A stretch of DNA of 63,964 nt, filler included, from Deltaproteobacteria bacterium (GTDB lineage Bacteria; JACQOV01): assembly GCA_016202395.1 (NCBI GenBank). It is 5 parts of 5 records of this genome, joined end to end, with 100 filler letters (N's around TTAATTAATTAA, not from the genome) between each part and the next. Parts side by side here need not be neighbours in the genome. Positions count along the whole stretch, not along the records: positions 40,727 to 50,556 come from JACQOV010000018.1; positions 50,657 to 63,964 come from JACQOV010000019.1; 3 more parts are not named here. The stretch is one strand, 5' to 3'. Under the pieces are notes generated by a model, which saw only the letters and a program-made list of their open reading frames with translations, searched no databases and had not been told where the DNA came from. Shown here one piece after another: positions 49,752-59,580 of the stretch (positions are counted from its first letter, which is position 1; every line of letters begins with the position of its first letter). A program made the position numbers and the translations under genes.

Positions 49752-50556
49752 ATGAAACCTATCCAAAAAATAGCTCTTATTTCTCCGAGCCCTCGTTTCT
49801 TGGATTATTCCCCCAATTCTCGTTTCCCAAATTTTAATGGCCGTTTTATTATGCCAGATAGTGTTCTTCCCTTAGTAGGGACGATCGTAAAAAATGCAGG
49901 TTATGATGTCGAGGTTTTTATGGAGGGGATTGCTCCGATTCCCTGGGAGCGAGTTTTAGAGGCTGATCTTGTTGGCTTCTCTGCTGTAACTTGTAACATC
50001 AACCGGGCTGTGGAAATGGCAGCTAAAGTTAAGGCTATCAAAGATGTTCCTACGATTCTCGGTGGACCTCATGGGTCTATGGTGCCGGAACACGCCGTCC
50101 AGCATTTTGATTATGTAGTGAGAGAAGAAGGGGAAGAGACAATCATAGAATTGCTTGACGTTCTCAGTAATCGGGGTGATTTGACTCGTATAAAAGGGAT
50201 ATCCTACTTAAAGAATGGGAACGTCTACCACAATCCATCCAGAGAATTAGCTAACCATTTTGATGTGGTTCCAGATTCTTCCCTGATTTATGGATACAAT
50301 CGGTTCAATCCACTCAAAGTTTTTCTACAAGCAAAAGCCCATGTTCACTTTTTAGAGACATCTCGAGGGTGCCCTTATCCTTGTAGCTTTTGCTGGCGAA
50401 TTGGTGGAAAAAAGATGAGGCATCGCTCTGTTGAATCCGTGATAAGGAATATTCAGCAAAATACGAAATTTTTTAAGGGTCTCCCAAATTTAATGATTAT
50501 ATTAGATAGTTATTTTGGAGTGAATCGAGAAAAGACAAAAGAAACAGCGGAACCGC
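49752..50556 (+). CDS. Cobalamin-binding radical SAM protein (3'-truncated)
   Basis: B12-binding domain (VGFS, GGPH, EGEET), then SRGCPYPCSFC. Confidence 0.9.
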
Positions 50557-50656
50557 NNNNNNNNNNNNNNNNNNNNNNNNNNNNNNNNNNNNNNNNNNNN
50601 TTAATTAATTAANNNNNNNNNNNNNNNNNNNNNNNNNNNNNNNNNNNNNNNNNNNN
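50557..50656. other. Artificial contig spacer
   Basis: N/TTAATTAATTAA/N. Confidence 0.98.
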
Positions 50657-50800
50657 AGACCAGATTCCCAGCCTTTGCAGGCATGACATAGGTGAGGCTC
50701 ATCATAGCCCCACTATACCTCCCTCTACCCCATCTTCCCATCAATACTCCCACTGTTACCGATGTATCTCAACCTCTTCATGGTTAAGAAAGCCCCTTTT

Positions 50801-52354
50801 TCACTCCATAAAATCTCCTCGGCGCGTATCGTCATCTTCCCCCTCCTTCGCTGCTGGCAAACTCACAACAAATTCTGTGCCCCGATGGACTTCACTCTTG
50901 ACCTCAATCCTCCCTTGATGCCTTTGAATCACCTGAAACGTAATCGCGAGGCCCAACCCCAAACCTTTCCCCATCGGCTTCGTTGTAAAATACGGGTCAA
51001 AGATCCGAGAGAGGTCCTCTTGCGGAATGCCAGAACCATTATCTTGAATCGACACCTTCACCCACTCCCCATCGACCCAAGTCCGAATCACCACCCTTCC
51101 CCCCTTCCCATCCGGAATCGACTGGCAGGCGTTGGAAAGGAAATTGATGAACGCTTGGTTGAGTTCCGCTAAAATCCCCCAAACCTCCGGCACCTCTCCA
51201 TAATCCTTCACCACCTCCACCTTCCCTTTGTACTGCGGCTGCACCATCCGATACACTGTATCCAAACTCCGATGAAGATCCACGCGCTCTCTCTTCCCGC
51301 TCCCTTTATGGGCAAACTCCTTCAGCCCCTGAATCACCGAGTACATCGCATCAAAACTGCTCTCTAATTCCATCGTGATCTCCTTGATCTCCTCTAACTC
51401 CTGGGGAGTGGAAGACTCCCCTCTTTGACTCAAATCCCTCAACTGATCTTGAACACCCTTTAAACGATACACCAGAAAACTGATTACATTCAGAGGAGAG
51501 CCCATTTCATGACTCACTCCAGCCACCAAATTTCCCACAGAGGCCATCTTCTCACTCTGAATGAGCATCCGCGTTTGCTCCTCGACTTTGTTTTCAAGGT
51601 TCTTGGCGTAGTCTTTGAGCTGGGTTTGAGCCTCTTTCAACCCGAGATGGGCTTGACTCAATTCCTGATTCTTCCGAGTTAATTCATTGAGTTGAGAACT
51701 GATCGTGGAATACATCTCCTGGATTTGCTGTTTCTGACTCTCTAGCTCGGTATTTTTATACTCTAAATTTCTGCTATAAAGATCCAGTTCCGTTAAAGCC
51801 TTTGACAAAGCTTCTGATTTCTCGCGGAGCTTCGCTCCCAAAGTCCCCGAGGCATATCCCACCAGGAGCATCAGTCCACTCGTGGTAAAGAGCTGCATCA
51901 CGCCGTTCTTTTCCAACCCACTGCTAGGATCCCACGAGTTGTAATACCACACTCCCAAATACCCCGCCACCGATACCGCTGCAATCCAGATTCCTCCTCC
52001 CTTTTGAAGAACCAATCCCGCATAGAGGATAATCAAGGCGTATAAAATTAAGAAAGGGGAGTATTCGACAAGCTCCAAGTAGTGGATTAAAGCGCTGGCA
52101 AATAGAGCGTCGAGGGTGAGTGCAAGGTAAAGGGAGAGGGTTGCAAATCTCTCCTTCTGGCCTACAGCGAAATAGAGGCCTGTCAGAAAAAACTGAGATA
52201 GAAAGAGGATCGAGACGGGGCCCAAAGGAAGCTGGATTACTTTAAGCAGGGAGAAATTAAGGATAAGAAGAAAGAGTATAAGGACAACAACAGCCCTAAA
52301 GAAGAGATAAGGGCCTCTTCCCTCCTTCGTTATTGCAACTGGAATAATGTCCAT
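50801..52354 (-). CDS. Membrane sensor histidine kinase (about 6 TM, coiled coil, HisKA, HATPase)
   Basis: TM bundle, [36 protein letters not shown]. Confidence 0.92.
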   Translation of the reverse strand: MDIIPVAITKEGRGPYLFFRAVVVLILFLLILNFSLLKVIQLPLGPVSILFLSQFFLTGLYFAVGQKERFATLSLYLALTLDALFASALIHYLELVEYSPFLILYALIILYAGLVLQKGGGIWIAAVSVAGYLGVWYYNSWDPSSGLEKNGVMQLFTTSGLMLLVGYASGTLGAKLREKSEALSKALTELDLYSRNLEYKNTELESQKQQIQEMYSTISSQLNELTRKNQELSQAHLGLKEAQTQLKDYAKNLENKVEEQTRMLIQSEKMASVGNLVAGVSHEMGSPLNVISFLVYRLKGVQDQLRDLSQRGESSTPQELEEIKEITMELESSFDAMYSVIQGLKEFAHKGSGKRERVDLHRSLDTVYRMVQPQYKGKVEVVKDYGEVPEVWGILAELNQAFINFLSNACQSIPDGKGGRVVIRTWVDGEWVKVSIQDNGSGIPQEDLSRIFDPYFTTKPMGKGLGLGLAITFQVIQRHQGRIEVKSEVHRGTEFVVSLPAAKEGEDDDTRRGDFME

Positions 52355-52395
52355 GCCACTTCCCTTTATCTCCTACCTCCCTTGTTGAAGACAGG

Positions 52396-54768
52396 TTACG
52401 AAACAATCTCTTCCTCGGGGGGCAAGGATTTAATTTGCGAGACACTTTCTCTCTTATTCCGTTTAGCGACAATCGGTCTGAAAAGGATCAGCAACGCCGG
52501 CAACAAGAACAGATCTCCGAGCAAAGCCACCAAAATCGCAAAGCTGGACAACAACCCAAATCGGGCCGCTGGTAAATATTCTGAAAGACCAAGCATCGAA
52601 AAACCAATGGCTAATACGATTGCGGTAAAAATAATCGGCTTTCCCACAAGCCTAAAAGTATTTCGTATCGCCTCCTCATAATCTTTCCCTTCTTGTAACT
52701 CTCTTTTAAATCGAAAAAGATAATGCACGGTATCATCCACTACGATCCCGAATAAAATGCTCGCCACCATCGCTGAGCCAACATCTAAGTTCACGTTAAG
52801 CCAACCCATTAGCCCTAGCGTCGCTACAATTGGGAAGAGGTTTGGGAACAGAGCCAATACCCCTAGAGAAAGAGATCTCATCACAAAAATCATCACAATC
52901 GAAATCACAACAAGAGCCACACTAAAACTTTTTATCTGACTGGAAAACAACAAATGCACAAGGTGGTGCTGAAGTGTATAGGTCCCCGTTACTTTCACCT
53001 TCATTAAATCACCCACTTGATTTTGGATATCCGACTCTATCCTTTTAGTAAACGCAGCCGCTTCCCCAGATGGAAGCAACCATAAGGACATCCATACTAC
53101 CCCTTTCGAGAAGTCTTGGTTAGCAACAACATTGAAAAGGTGCTCTGGACCAAAATTCTCCAAAATTGAAAATAGACGACCAAGATGATCGTTTGGAAGC
53201 TCGTATTCTCCAGAATTACCATTGAGGGCTTTATGAAACCCTTTAATCGGGTCTATTATCGAAAAAGTATGGCCAACCTCAGATTGGATATCAAGATAGC
53301 GATGAATCTGATCCATGCTTTTTAAGATCTCCGGATCTTTTAAGCCATCAGATCTTCCCGTATCCAAAACCATCCATGCGGGTACCCATCCACCATAATG
53401 TTTTTCCCCAAATTGCATCATCTGAATAGATTCCGTGTTTTTCCTGTACAATTGATCCCAACGGGTATCTGCCTTCAACCTCGTAATCCCCCAACCAAAC
53501 AATGTAATAAGAACAATCGCTAAATTAAAAATCCAAATGGGATGACGGAGTGTCAGATCCACTACACCAGGAATCACCTTCCTCTCTACCCAACCCTCCA
53601 CTCGACTTTGATCTTGTAAGCTAGAAGACCTCGCAACCTCTCGCAAGCCAAACACCCATATGAGAAACGTAATGAGCAATACCACCACCATCCCAAAAGC
53701 GGATATGATCCCAAATTGCTGAATCACTTCCACATTAGCTGCATTTAAAGAAATAAAACCACAAAAGGCCGTAAGGGTATTAAAAACACACGGGGGCCCC
53801 ACCTCCCGGATCGTTTGCTGGATCGCTTCCTGTTTCGAAAGACTCTGTGACAAAATGCGATAATGAGCCACTAAATGCGTGAGATCTAAAACGGAGTACA
53901 ATAGAAAGATCACAAAAAGCCCTTGAGATATCGCCGTCAACGGATAATCCATTCCACCCGCAAAGCCTAAAGCCCATACCGACCCCAAAAGAACCGTTAG
54001 TGCGCTGATCCCCACCACTCTCCAACTCGAAAATAGCAAATACACCGTTAAAACCATGAGCAAAAGCATTGCCGGAATGGCTCGGGTTGAATCCTCTCTG
54101 AAGATTTCCTCTAAAAGAACCTCGGTATACGCCAATCCACTAATGTAACAGTGAACATCAGCCAAAATACATTCCTCATCCACAATCTTGCGAATTCCTT
54201 TTACGATCTGTTTTCGATCTCCATGCTCCCAAGAGTCACGATCCGCATAAGTCCAAATAGCAGAAGCTTGAAGATCTTTGGAAATCAACCCCACTTTTTC
54301 AAATAAAGGGGTACTTAGGATAGTTTCTCGCACTTGGGATAAATCTTGAGGAACTGAACCTGAGAGCACTTCCCTTAGAGAAAATATCTCAATTTGTTCA
54401 TCTGAGGCAGCCAGGACGTCTTGATTCGTTAAGCTAATCACAAAACTCATCCCCTTTACCTTCTCAAAACGTTCTGTCATTCGATCCATCATGCGCAGAA
54501 CATCTGGAGTGAAAATTTGAGATGCTTCAACACCAATCCCTATTGCTTCGACGATATTGAAATCCTTTAAATATTCATTCTTGTAATACAATAGCTCTGG
54601 ATCGTCGGGATCAAACATGGCCTCTTCACGCATATCCATCCGAACATCCAAAAGGAAATACCCAAAGATTAATGTGGATACAGTTAGAATGGTTACAACT
54701 ACCCAAGGTCGACCCCACAACCACTCTAAAACTTTTTGCCACTTTGGTGCTTTATGATCCACTTTCAC
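52396..54768 (-). CDS. MMPL/RND-superfamily lipid transporter
   Basis: Two repeats of TM, large loop, five TM; GIVVDDTVH motif. Confidence 0.88.
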   Translation of the reverse strand: MKVDHKAPKWQKVLEWLWGRPWVVVTILTVSTLIFGYFLLDVRMDMREEAMFDPDDPELLYYKNEYLKDFNIVEAIGIGVEASQIFTPDVLRMMDRMTERFEKVKGMSFVISLTNQDVLAASDEQIEIFSLREVLSGSVPQDLSQVRETILSTPLFEKVGLISKDLQASAIWTYADRDSWEHGDRKQIVKGIRKIVDEECILADVHCYISGLAYTEVLLEEIFREDSTRAIPAMLLLMVLTVYLLFSSWRVVGISALTVLLGSVWALGFAGGMDYPLTAISQGLFVIFLLYSVLDLTHLVAHYRILSQSLSKQEAIQQTIREVGPPCVFNTLTAFCGFISLNAANVEVIQQFGIISAFGMVVVLLITFLIWVFGLREVARSSSLQDQSRVEGWVERKVIPGVVDLTLRHPIWIFNLAIVLITLFGWGITRLKADTRWDQLYRKNTESIQMMQFGEKHYGGWVPAWMVLDTGRSDGLKDPEILKSMDQIHRYLDIQSEVGHTFSIIDPIKGFHKALNGNSGEYELPNDHLGRLFSILENFGPEHLFNVVANQDFSKGVVWMSLWLLPSGEAAAFTKRIESDIQNQVGDLMKVKVTGTYTLQHHLVHLLFSSQIKSFSVALVVISIVMIFVMRSLSLGVLALFPNLFPIVATLGLMGWLNVNLDVGSAMVASILFGIVVDDTVHYLFRFKRELQEGKDYEEAIRNTFRLVGKPIIFTAIVLAIGFSMLGLSEYLPAARFGLLSSFAILVALLGDLFLLPALLILFRPIVAKRNKRESVSQIKSLPPEEEIVS

Positions 54769-54781
54769 CTCCTAATTTCTT

Positions 54782-55906
54782 TCATAAAGGTTTTTCATAA
54801 AGACGGTAGGTTTTGTATTTTTTGCCACCCATGAGTTCGATTCCTCTATTGATGCTTTCATTATCTTCTAAGGTAAGTGAAGGTTCTGCTTCCTTATACC
54901 CCTGTTTGAGACCTCGAAGATTCGTCTCAACGTACAACAAAACACTTAAATTGGCTAAACTCTTACCTCTAAAAGCACGCTTGATACCCATGGCAAATAC
55001 CCTCGCGCTGTTCCACCGACGTTGAGTGACAGCACGAAATAGCTTCACCCAATGCAAAGGGAAGAGTCTCCCATCGAAATGACGTAACAACTCATTAATG
55101 TTGGGAAGGGTCATCGCAAATCCAGCAGGTTCTGAATGAATAAACACAAAAAATACCATTTCAGGATCAGCAAAAAATCTGAGCTCCCTCGCAAAATGAA
55201 TAGCCTCCTCTTCAGAGAAAGGAATGAATCCCCAATGCTTCTCCCAAATTTCATTAAAAAGATCCACTAGTAATCGAACATCTGCATCATATCTTTTCAT
55301 GTCGAGAGAGCGAATTTCTACCCCCGGGCATCTGCGAGCTTCCTCGGCGATTTGGATTGCTTCATGGCTCAAATCTCCTACACGGTAATGCCAAGCATAC
55401 CAATCTTTGGCCTTTTTAAAATCGCATGCCTCCATTAATCCTGCATAATAATGGGGGTTGTGGCCATTTAAGATGTAAGGAGGTGTACCAAACCCTTCAA
55501 CTAAAATCCCAATCTCATCCTTGAGTGTAAAACTCATGGGCCCTAATATTTTGTCACACCCCTGTTTTCTTAACCAATTGCTAGATGTTTCAAATAGAGC
55601 GTTGGAGACTTCCATATCATCAATCGATTCAAAGAAACCAAAAAAACCTGTCTTATCTTTGTAAATTTTGTTATGACGTGGAATAACCTGGGCCGAAATT
55701 CGACCCACTGGCTCCCCATTCTTAAAAGCCAAAAATAACTCTGCGCTATTGTATTTAAAAAAGGGGTTTTTCTTGGGATTTAAAGACCTCTTCCGTTCCC
55801 AGATGAGAGGAGGAACCCAACAAGGATCATCTTTGTAGATCTTCCAAGGGAGTTTGATAAAAGTGCTCCTGAGAGACCGAGTGGTGACAGGAACAATGTC
55901 CACCAT
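54782..55906 (-). CDS. Bacterial ceramide synthase-like double-GNAT N-acyltransferase
   Basis: FIKLPWKIYKDDPCWVPPL, GRISA, GFFGFFESID, GILVEGF, HNPHYY, KTYRLYEK; adjacent to spt. Confidence 0.78.
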   Translation of the reverse strand: MVDIVPVTTRSLRSTFIKLPWKIYKDDPCWVPPLIWERKRSLNPKKNPFFKYNSAELFLAFKNGEPVGRISAQVIPRHNKIYKDKTGFFGFFESIDDMEVSNALFETSSNWLRKQGCDKILGPMSFTLKDEIGILVEGFGTPPYILNGHNPHYYAGLMEACDFKKAKDWYAWHYRVGDLSHEAIQIAEEARRCPGVEIRSLDMKRYDADVRLLVDLFNEIWEKHWGFIPFSEEEAIHFARELRFFADPEMVFFVFIHSEPAGFAMTLPNINELLRHFDGRLFPLHWVKLFRAVTQRRWNSARVFAMGIKRAFRGKSLANLSVLLYVETNLRGLKQGYKEAEPSLTLEDNESINRGIELMGGKKYKTYRLYEKPL

Positions 55907-55912
55907 GAGTGC

Positions 55913-57181
55913 TTATACCTCCTTAGAATTAAAGAGAGCATCAAAATTCCAGGCGCGGGCTCTGTGAACAAATTTTTTCGGAACTTCGGTCTGGCTCTTC
56001 AGAATCCCAAACTCAGGAGCGACTTCCCCAAATGCTTTCAAAACTTTATCCAAATCCTCGGTAGTATGACTTGCTGTAAAAGAAGTGCGAATAACTGCTT
56101 GACCATAGGGAACCGCAGGATACAATACAGGGGTAGCAAAAACATCTCGCTCAAAGAGAGCCTTCACTAATTGAACCGCTTTACCCTCATCACCTACGAA
56201 AATAGAAATAATAGGCATCTTTGATTCAATATATGAGAGGCCCAATCTTCTAAATCCATCATGAATATAACTTGTATTTTGCCATAGGCGATCAAAGATT
56301 TGAGGCTCCGTTTTCATAATCTCTAAGGCTTTTAACGCGGCAGCGGCAGAAGCAGGAGGTATAGCAGCCGAGAGTATAAACCCCTGAGAATGGTGGCGGA
56401 TGTAATCTATAATCTTGCGAGGGCCCGTGACAATCCCACCGATCGAAGCAAACGATTTTGAAAGAGTCGCCATGATTAAATCAACCCCTTCTGTCAAACC
56501 AAAATAGTTGGCCGTTCCTCTGCCCTGATCTCCAAGCACCCCAATGCCGTGAGCATCATCTAAATAAAGATACGTTCCAGGAAACTGCTTTTTGATAGTA
56601 ATAAGTTCATTCAGATCCACAATATCCCCTGACATTGAAAAAACACCATCAGTTACAATCAGTTTAGCGGAATCCTGAGGCAACTCACCTAAAACCTTCT
56701 TTAAATCACTCATGTCGTTATGATGATACTTCACTGTTGTAGCTCGAGAACCTCTGCAACCTGCAACAATGGAGCCATGATTCTCCGTGTCAGAAATAAT
56801 GAAGCTCCCCTTCTCAGCCAAACAAGATATTACCCCATAGTTGGTTAAAAAGCCGGTGCTAAATACTAATGCATCCTCTTTCCCAAGAAAGTCAGCAAAC
56901 TCCCTCTCTAGTTGATCATGGATAATTGTGTTTCCATTAAGGAGTCTTGATCCTGTACAACCCGTTCCTAATCGATCGGTGGCTTGCTTGGCCGCTTGTT
57001 TAACGCGAGAATCGTTGGTTAAACCTAAATAATCATTCGAACAGATGACGATAACGCGCCTGCCGTTATAGATAGCCTGAGGGCCAAAGCAATGCTCCAT
57101 GGATTTAAAGAAAGGATAAACACCAATGGCTCTACCCATATCGGCAGCTTCAAAATCGTAGCATTTTTGAAAGAGGTCCAT
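55913..57181 (-). CDS. spt: Serine palmitoyltransferase-like alpha-oxoamine synthase (PLP)
   Basis: GVYPFF N-terminus, SNDYLGL, GSRLLNG, NHGSI, DDAHG, TLSKS PLP lysine; resembles bacterial SPT more than BioF/Kbl. Confidence 0.78.
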   Translation of the reverse strand: MDLFQKCYDFEAADMGRAIGVYPFFKSMEHCFGPQAIYNGRRVIVICSNDYLGLTNDSRVKQAAKQATDRLGTGCTGSRLLNGNTIIHDQLEREFADFLGKEDALVFSTGFLTNYGVISCLAEKGSFIISDTENHGSIVAGCRGSRATTVKYHHNDMSDLKKVLGELPQDSAKLIVTDGVFSMSGDIVDLNELITIKKQFPGTYLYLDDAHGIGVLGDQGRGTANYFGLTEGVDLIMATLSKSFASIGGIVTGPRKIIDYIRHHSQGFILSAAIPPASAAAALKALEIMKTEPQIFDRLWQNTSYIHDGFRRLGLSYIESKMPIISIFVGDEGKAVQLVKALFERDVFATPVLYPAVPYGQAVIRTSFTASHTTEDLDKVLKAFGEVAPEFGILKSQTEVPKKFVHRARAWNFDALFNSKEV

Positions 57182-57341
57182 TTGAGCTGAATCCAGTTAA
57201 CCACGAATTCTTGAATTGTTCAACCAAAACACAGTTTGCTATTTGACTCGATGCGTTACTCTTCGGTGCGTTACTCCAAGGGGGGCATGGCGCTAATCTC
57301 GATCTGTGGAGAGATTAAACTAGAAACTGGGGCGGCAACGG

Positions 57342-58235
57342 TTAGAACACGCGGATGAGGCGGACCATGCGACTCTGAACATTCTCAAAATGGAGCGCCT
57401 CGGCCACTGCCACCAACTCCCCCTGGGGGCCCAAGAGTTTAACTTTCCCTGGCTTGAGAGAAAGATCAAAAGCTTTCAGGAGCGGTGTTTTCCCCCGCCG
57501 AACCGCGGAGGTCTGTTCCTGGGAAAGCTGAATGCTGGGGAAGGCAGACAATGCGTCGGCTAAAGGGATCATCTGTTTTTCAACCTCCCCCCGCGATTTT
57601 CTAAGTTCCTCCAACGTCACCGCCTGACCCACTGTAAAAGGGCCAAACTGGGTCCGCTCCAACCGCTCCAGATGAGCGCCGCATTGAAGCGCTCGTCCCA
57701 AATCGCGAGCCAGGGCCCGAATGTAGGTCCCCCGAGAACAATGAATAAATAAAGTGACGTGCGGAAGCTCTACAGAGATAAGATCACATCGGGAGATATG
57801 AACTTTTCGCGGTTTAAGCTCAATCTTTTCCCCCCGACGGGCCCGTTTGTACAACGGAGTCCCATGCAATTTAATGGCAGAATAGAGAGGAGGAACCTGC
57901 TCTATCTCTCCACGAAACTGTTTTAAAGCCTCTTCAATCTTATCGCGATCGATCCCTTCAATAGAGGCCTCTTGGGTGATCTTTCCTTGAGCATCATCGG
58001 TGTCGGTCTCCACACCGAGAATTAAGGTTGTCACATACTCCTTGTCGACATCGGCCAAAAAAGGGGTCAGTTTCGTAGCCTCGTTCACTAAAATCGGCAA
58101 GACCCCTTCAGCCAAAGGGTCCAGGGTTCCGCCATGCCCCACTTTGGAACCGGGGAGAAGTTTCCGAATCTCTTCAACACAATCGTGGGAGGTGAGCCCT
58201 TTGGGTTTGCTCAAAACGATCAAGCCACTCTTCAT
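57342..58235 (-). CDS. truB: tRNA pseudouridine(55) synthase
   Basis: GHGGTLDP, PPLYSAIK, CSRGTYIR. Confidence 0.96.
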   Translation of the reverse strand: MKSGLIVLSKPKGLTSHDCVEEIRKLLPGSKVGHGGTLDPLAEGVLPILVNEATKLTPFLADVDKEYVTTLILGVETDTDDAQGKITQEASIEGIDRDKIEEALKQFRGEIEQVPPLYSAIKLHGTPLYKRARRGEKIELKPRKVHISRCDLISVELPHVTLFIHCSRGTYIRALARDLGRALQCGAHLERLERTQFGPFTVGQAVTLEELRKSRGEVEKQMIPLADALSAFPSIQLSQEQTSAVRRGKTPLLKAFDLSLKPGKVKLLGPQGELVAVAEALHFENVQSRMVRLIRVF

Positions 58236-59212
58236 GATTTTCTCTGTTCTTTGATCTGCCAATCGATAGCGGCGTAAATTTTTTTCTTCACTTCTTCTAA
58301 AATCCCCTGAATATTGCCCCCCGCCGCATTATGATGCCCTCCACCCTCGAACTGAGCCGCTAATCTCGCTACATCGTATTTCCCTTTCGATCGAAAAGAG
58401 ATCCGCCACTTCCCTGTCTCCAATTCCCTTAAAGAAAAAGCAAGTTGAACCCCACGGATCGACCGAGGATATCCCACAAACCCTTCGACATGCTCGCTGG
58501 AGGTCCCTGTTTTTCGAAACATCTCTTGGGTGACAAAAATAGAAGCCACCTCCCCAGCACTGCGGACCTCGAGCGTTTGCAGAACAAGACCGAGAAGATC
58601 CAGTCGCCCTTTAGGGTGAGAATCGTAGAGCTCCTCGGCGATTCGAGCCGGCGAGGCTCCCGCTCGAATCATCTGGGCAGCAATCTCCATTGCCTCCGGG
58701 GAGGCATTGCTGTAATGAAAAGCGCCGGTGTCGGTGTAGATAGCGGTGTAGATACAGGAAGCGACCGCGGAGGTCACCGGGAAGGAGGCCGCTTTCAGAA
58801 GATGGTAAACCACCTCTCCACTCGCGCTGGCTTTAGGATCGATGATGTTGATCTCTCCGTAGCCCGGATTGGTAATGTGATGATCGACATTGATTAAGAG
58901 TTGCCCCGGGCGAAATTTCTCAAACCCTTCTCCGACGAGTTTTAAATCTCCACAATCGACAACAAAGACGGCGTCATACTTTTTAGAACCTGGAATCTGA
59001 TGGACAACCTTGTCTGACATCGGAAGGAACCGAAGCATGTAAGGGACTTCGTCTTCATTGTAAACGACAACCTCTTTCCCCGCTTCTTGGAACGCATTGG
59101 CCAACGCGAGAGCTGATCCCAACGCATCCCCTTCGGGATTGCGATGGGTCGTCACCAGAAACCTTTTTCCTTTTTCAATGAGCCGAGCGGCCCTCTCAAT
59201 CGCCTCTTTCAA
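58232..59212 (-). CDS. nrnA: DHH/DHHA1 phosphoesterase (NrnA)
   Basis: HRNPEGDA, VDHH, TDTG, GGGHHNAAG. Confidence 0.9.
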   Translation of the reverse strand: MKEAIERAARLIEKGKRFLVTTHRNPEGDALGSALALANAFQEAGKEVVVYNEDEVPYMLRFLPMSDKVVHQIPGSKKYDAVFVVDCGDLKLVGEGFEKFRPGQLLINVDHHITNPGYGEINIIDPKASASGEVVYHLLKAASFPVTSAVASCIYTAIYTDTGAFHYSNASPEAMEIAAQMIRAGASPARIAEELYDSHPKGRLDLLGLVLQTLEVRSAGEVASIFVTQEMFRKTGTSSEHVEGFVGYPRSIRGVQLAFSLRELETGKWRISFRSKGKYDVARLAAQFEGGGHHNAAGGNIQGILEEVKKKIYAAIDWQIKEQRKS

Positions 59213-59580
59213 GAATCCTTCTCCTCTATTGAGTTCAATTCCTCTTTTCGAATTTGGTCGAGCAAGGTGTCAATCTTATGCGCCTGCTCCTCCACTTCAT
59301 CGTAGGTGAAGATCACCTCGGGCTGATAGCGCAAACGCAAATTTTTTCCTAAATGACGAGAGATAAAAGGAGCAGCGCTCTCCAGTCCTTGCAGAGATTG
59401 CCGTTGTTCCTCTTCCGCCCCCATGACCGTGAAGAAAACGCGCGCCTGTCGAAGATCCGGGCTCATCTTCACAGCCGTCAGAGTAACCCAACGGATCCTC
59501 GGATCCCTTATCTCCCGCAAAAGGAGCATCGAGACCTCTTCCCGAATAAGGTCTGCGACCCTTTCCGCACGTCTGGACAC
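59209..59580 (-). CDS. rbfA: Ribosome-binding factor A
   Basis: RAERVA, DPR, SPDLRQA, LRYQP. Confidence 0.95.
   Translation of the reverse strand: MSRRAERVADLIREEVSMLLLREIRDPRIRWVTLTAVKMSPDLRQARVFFTVMGAEEEQRQSLQGLESAAPFISRHLGKNLRLRYQPEVIFTYDEVEEQAHKIDTLLDQIRKEELNSIEEKDS

Noticed and set aside
55913-57181. BioF (biotin synthesis) annotation
   Set aside because: No bio genes nearby; SPT-like N-terminus and an adjacent bCerS-like gene
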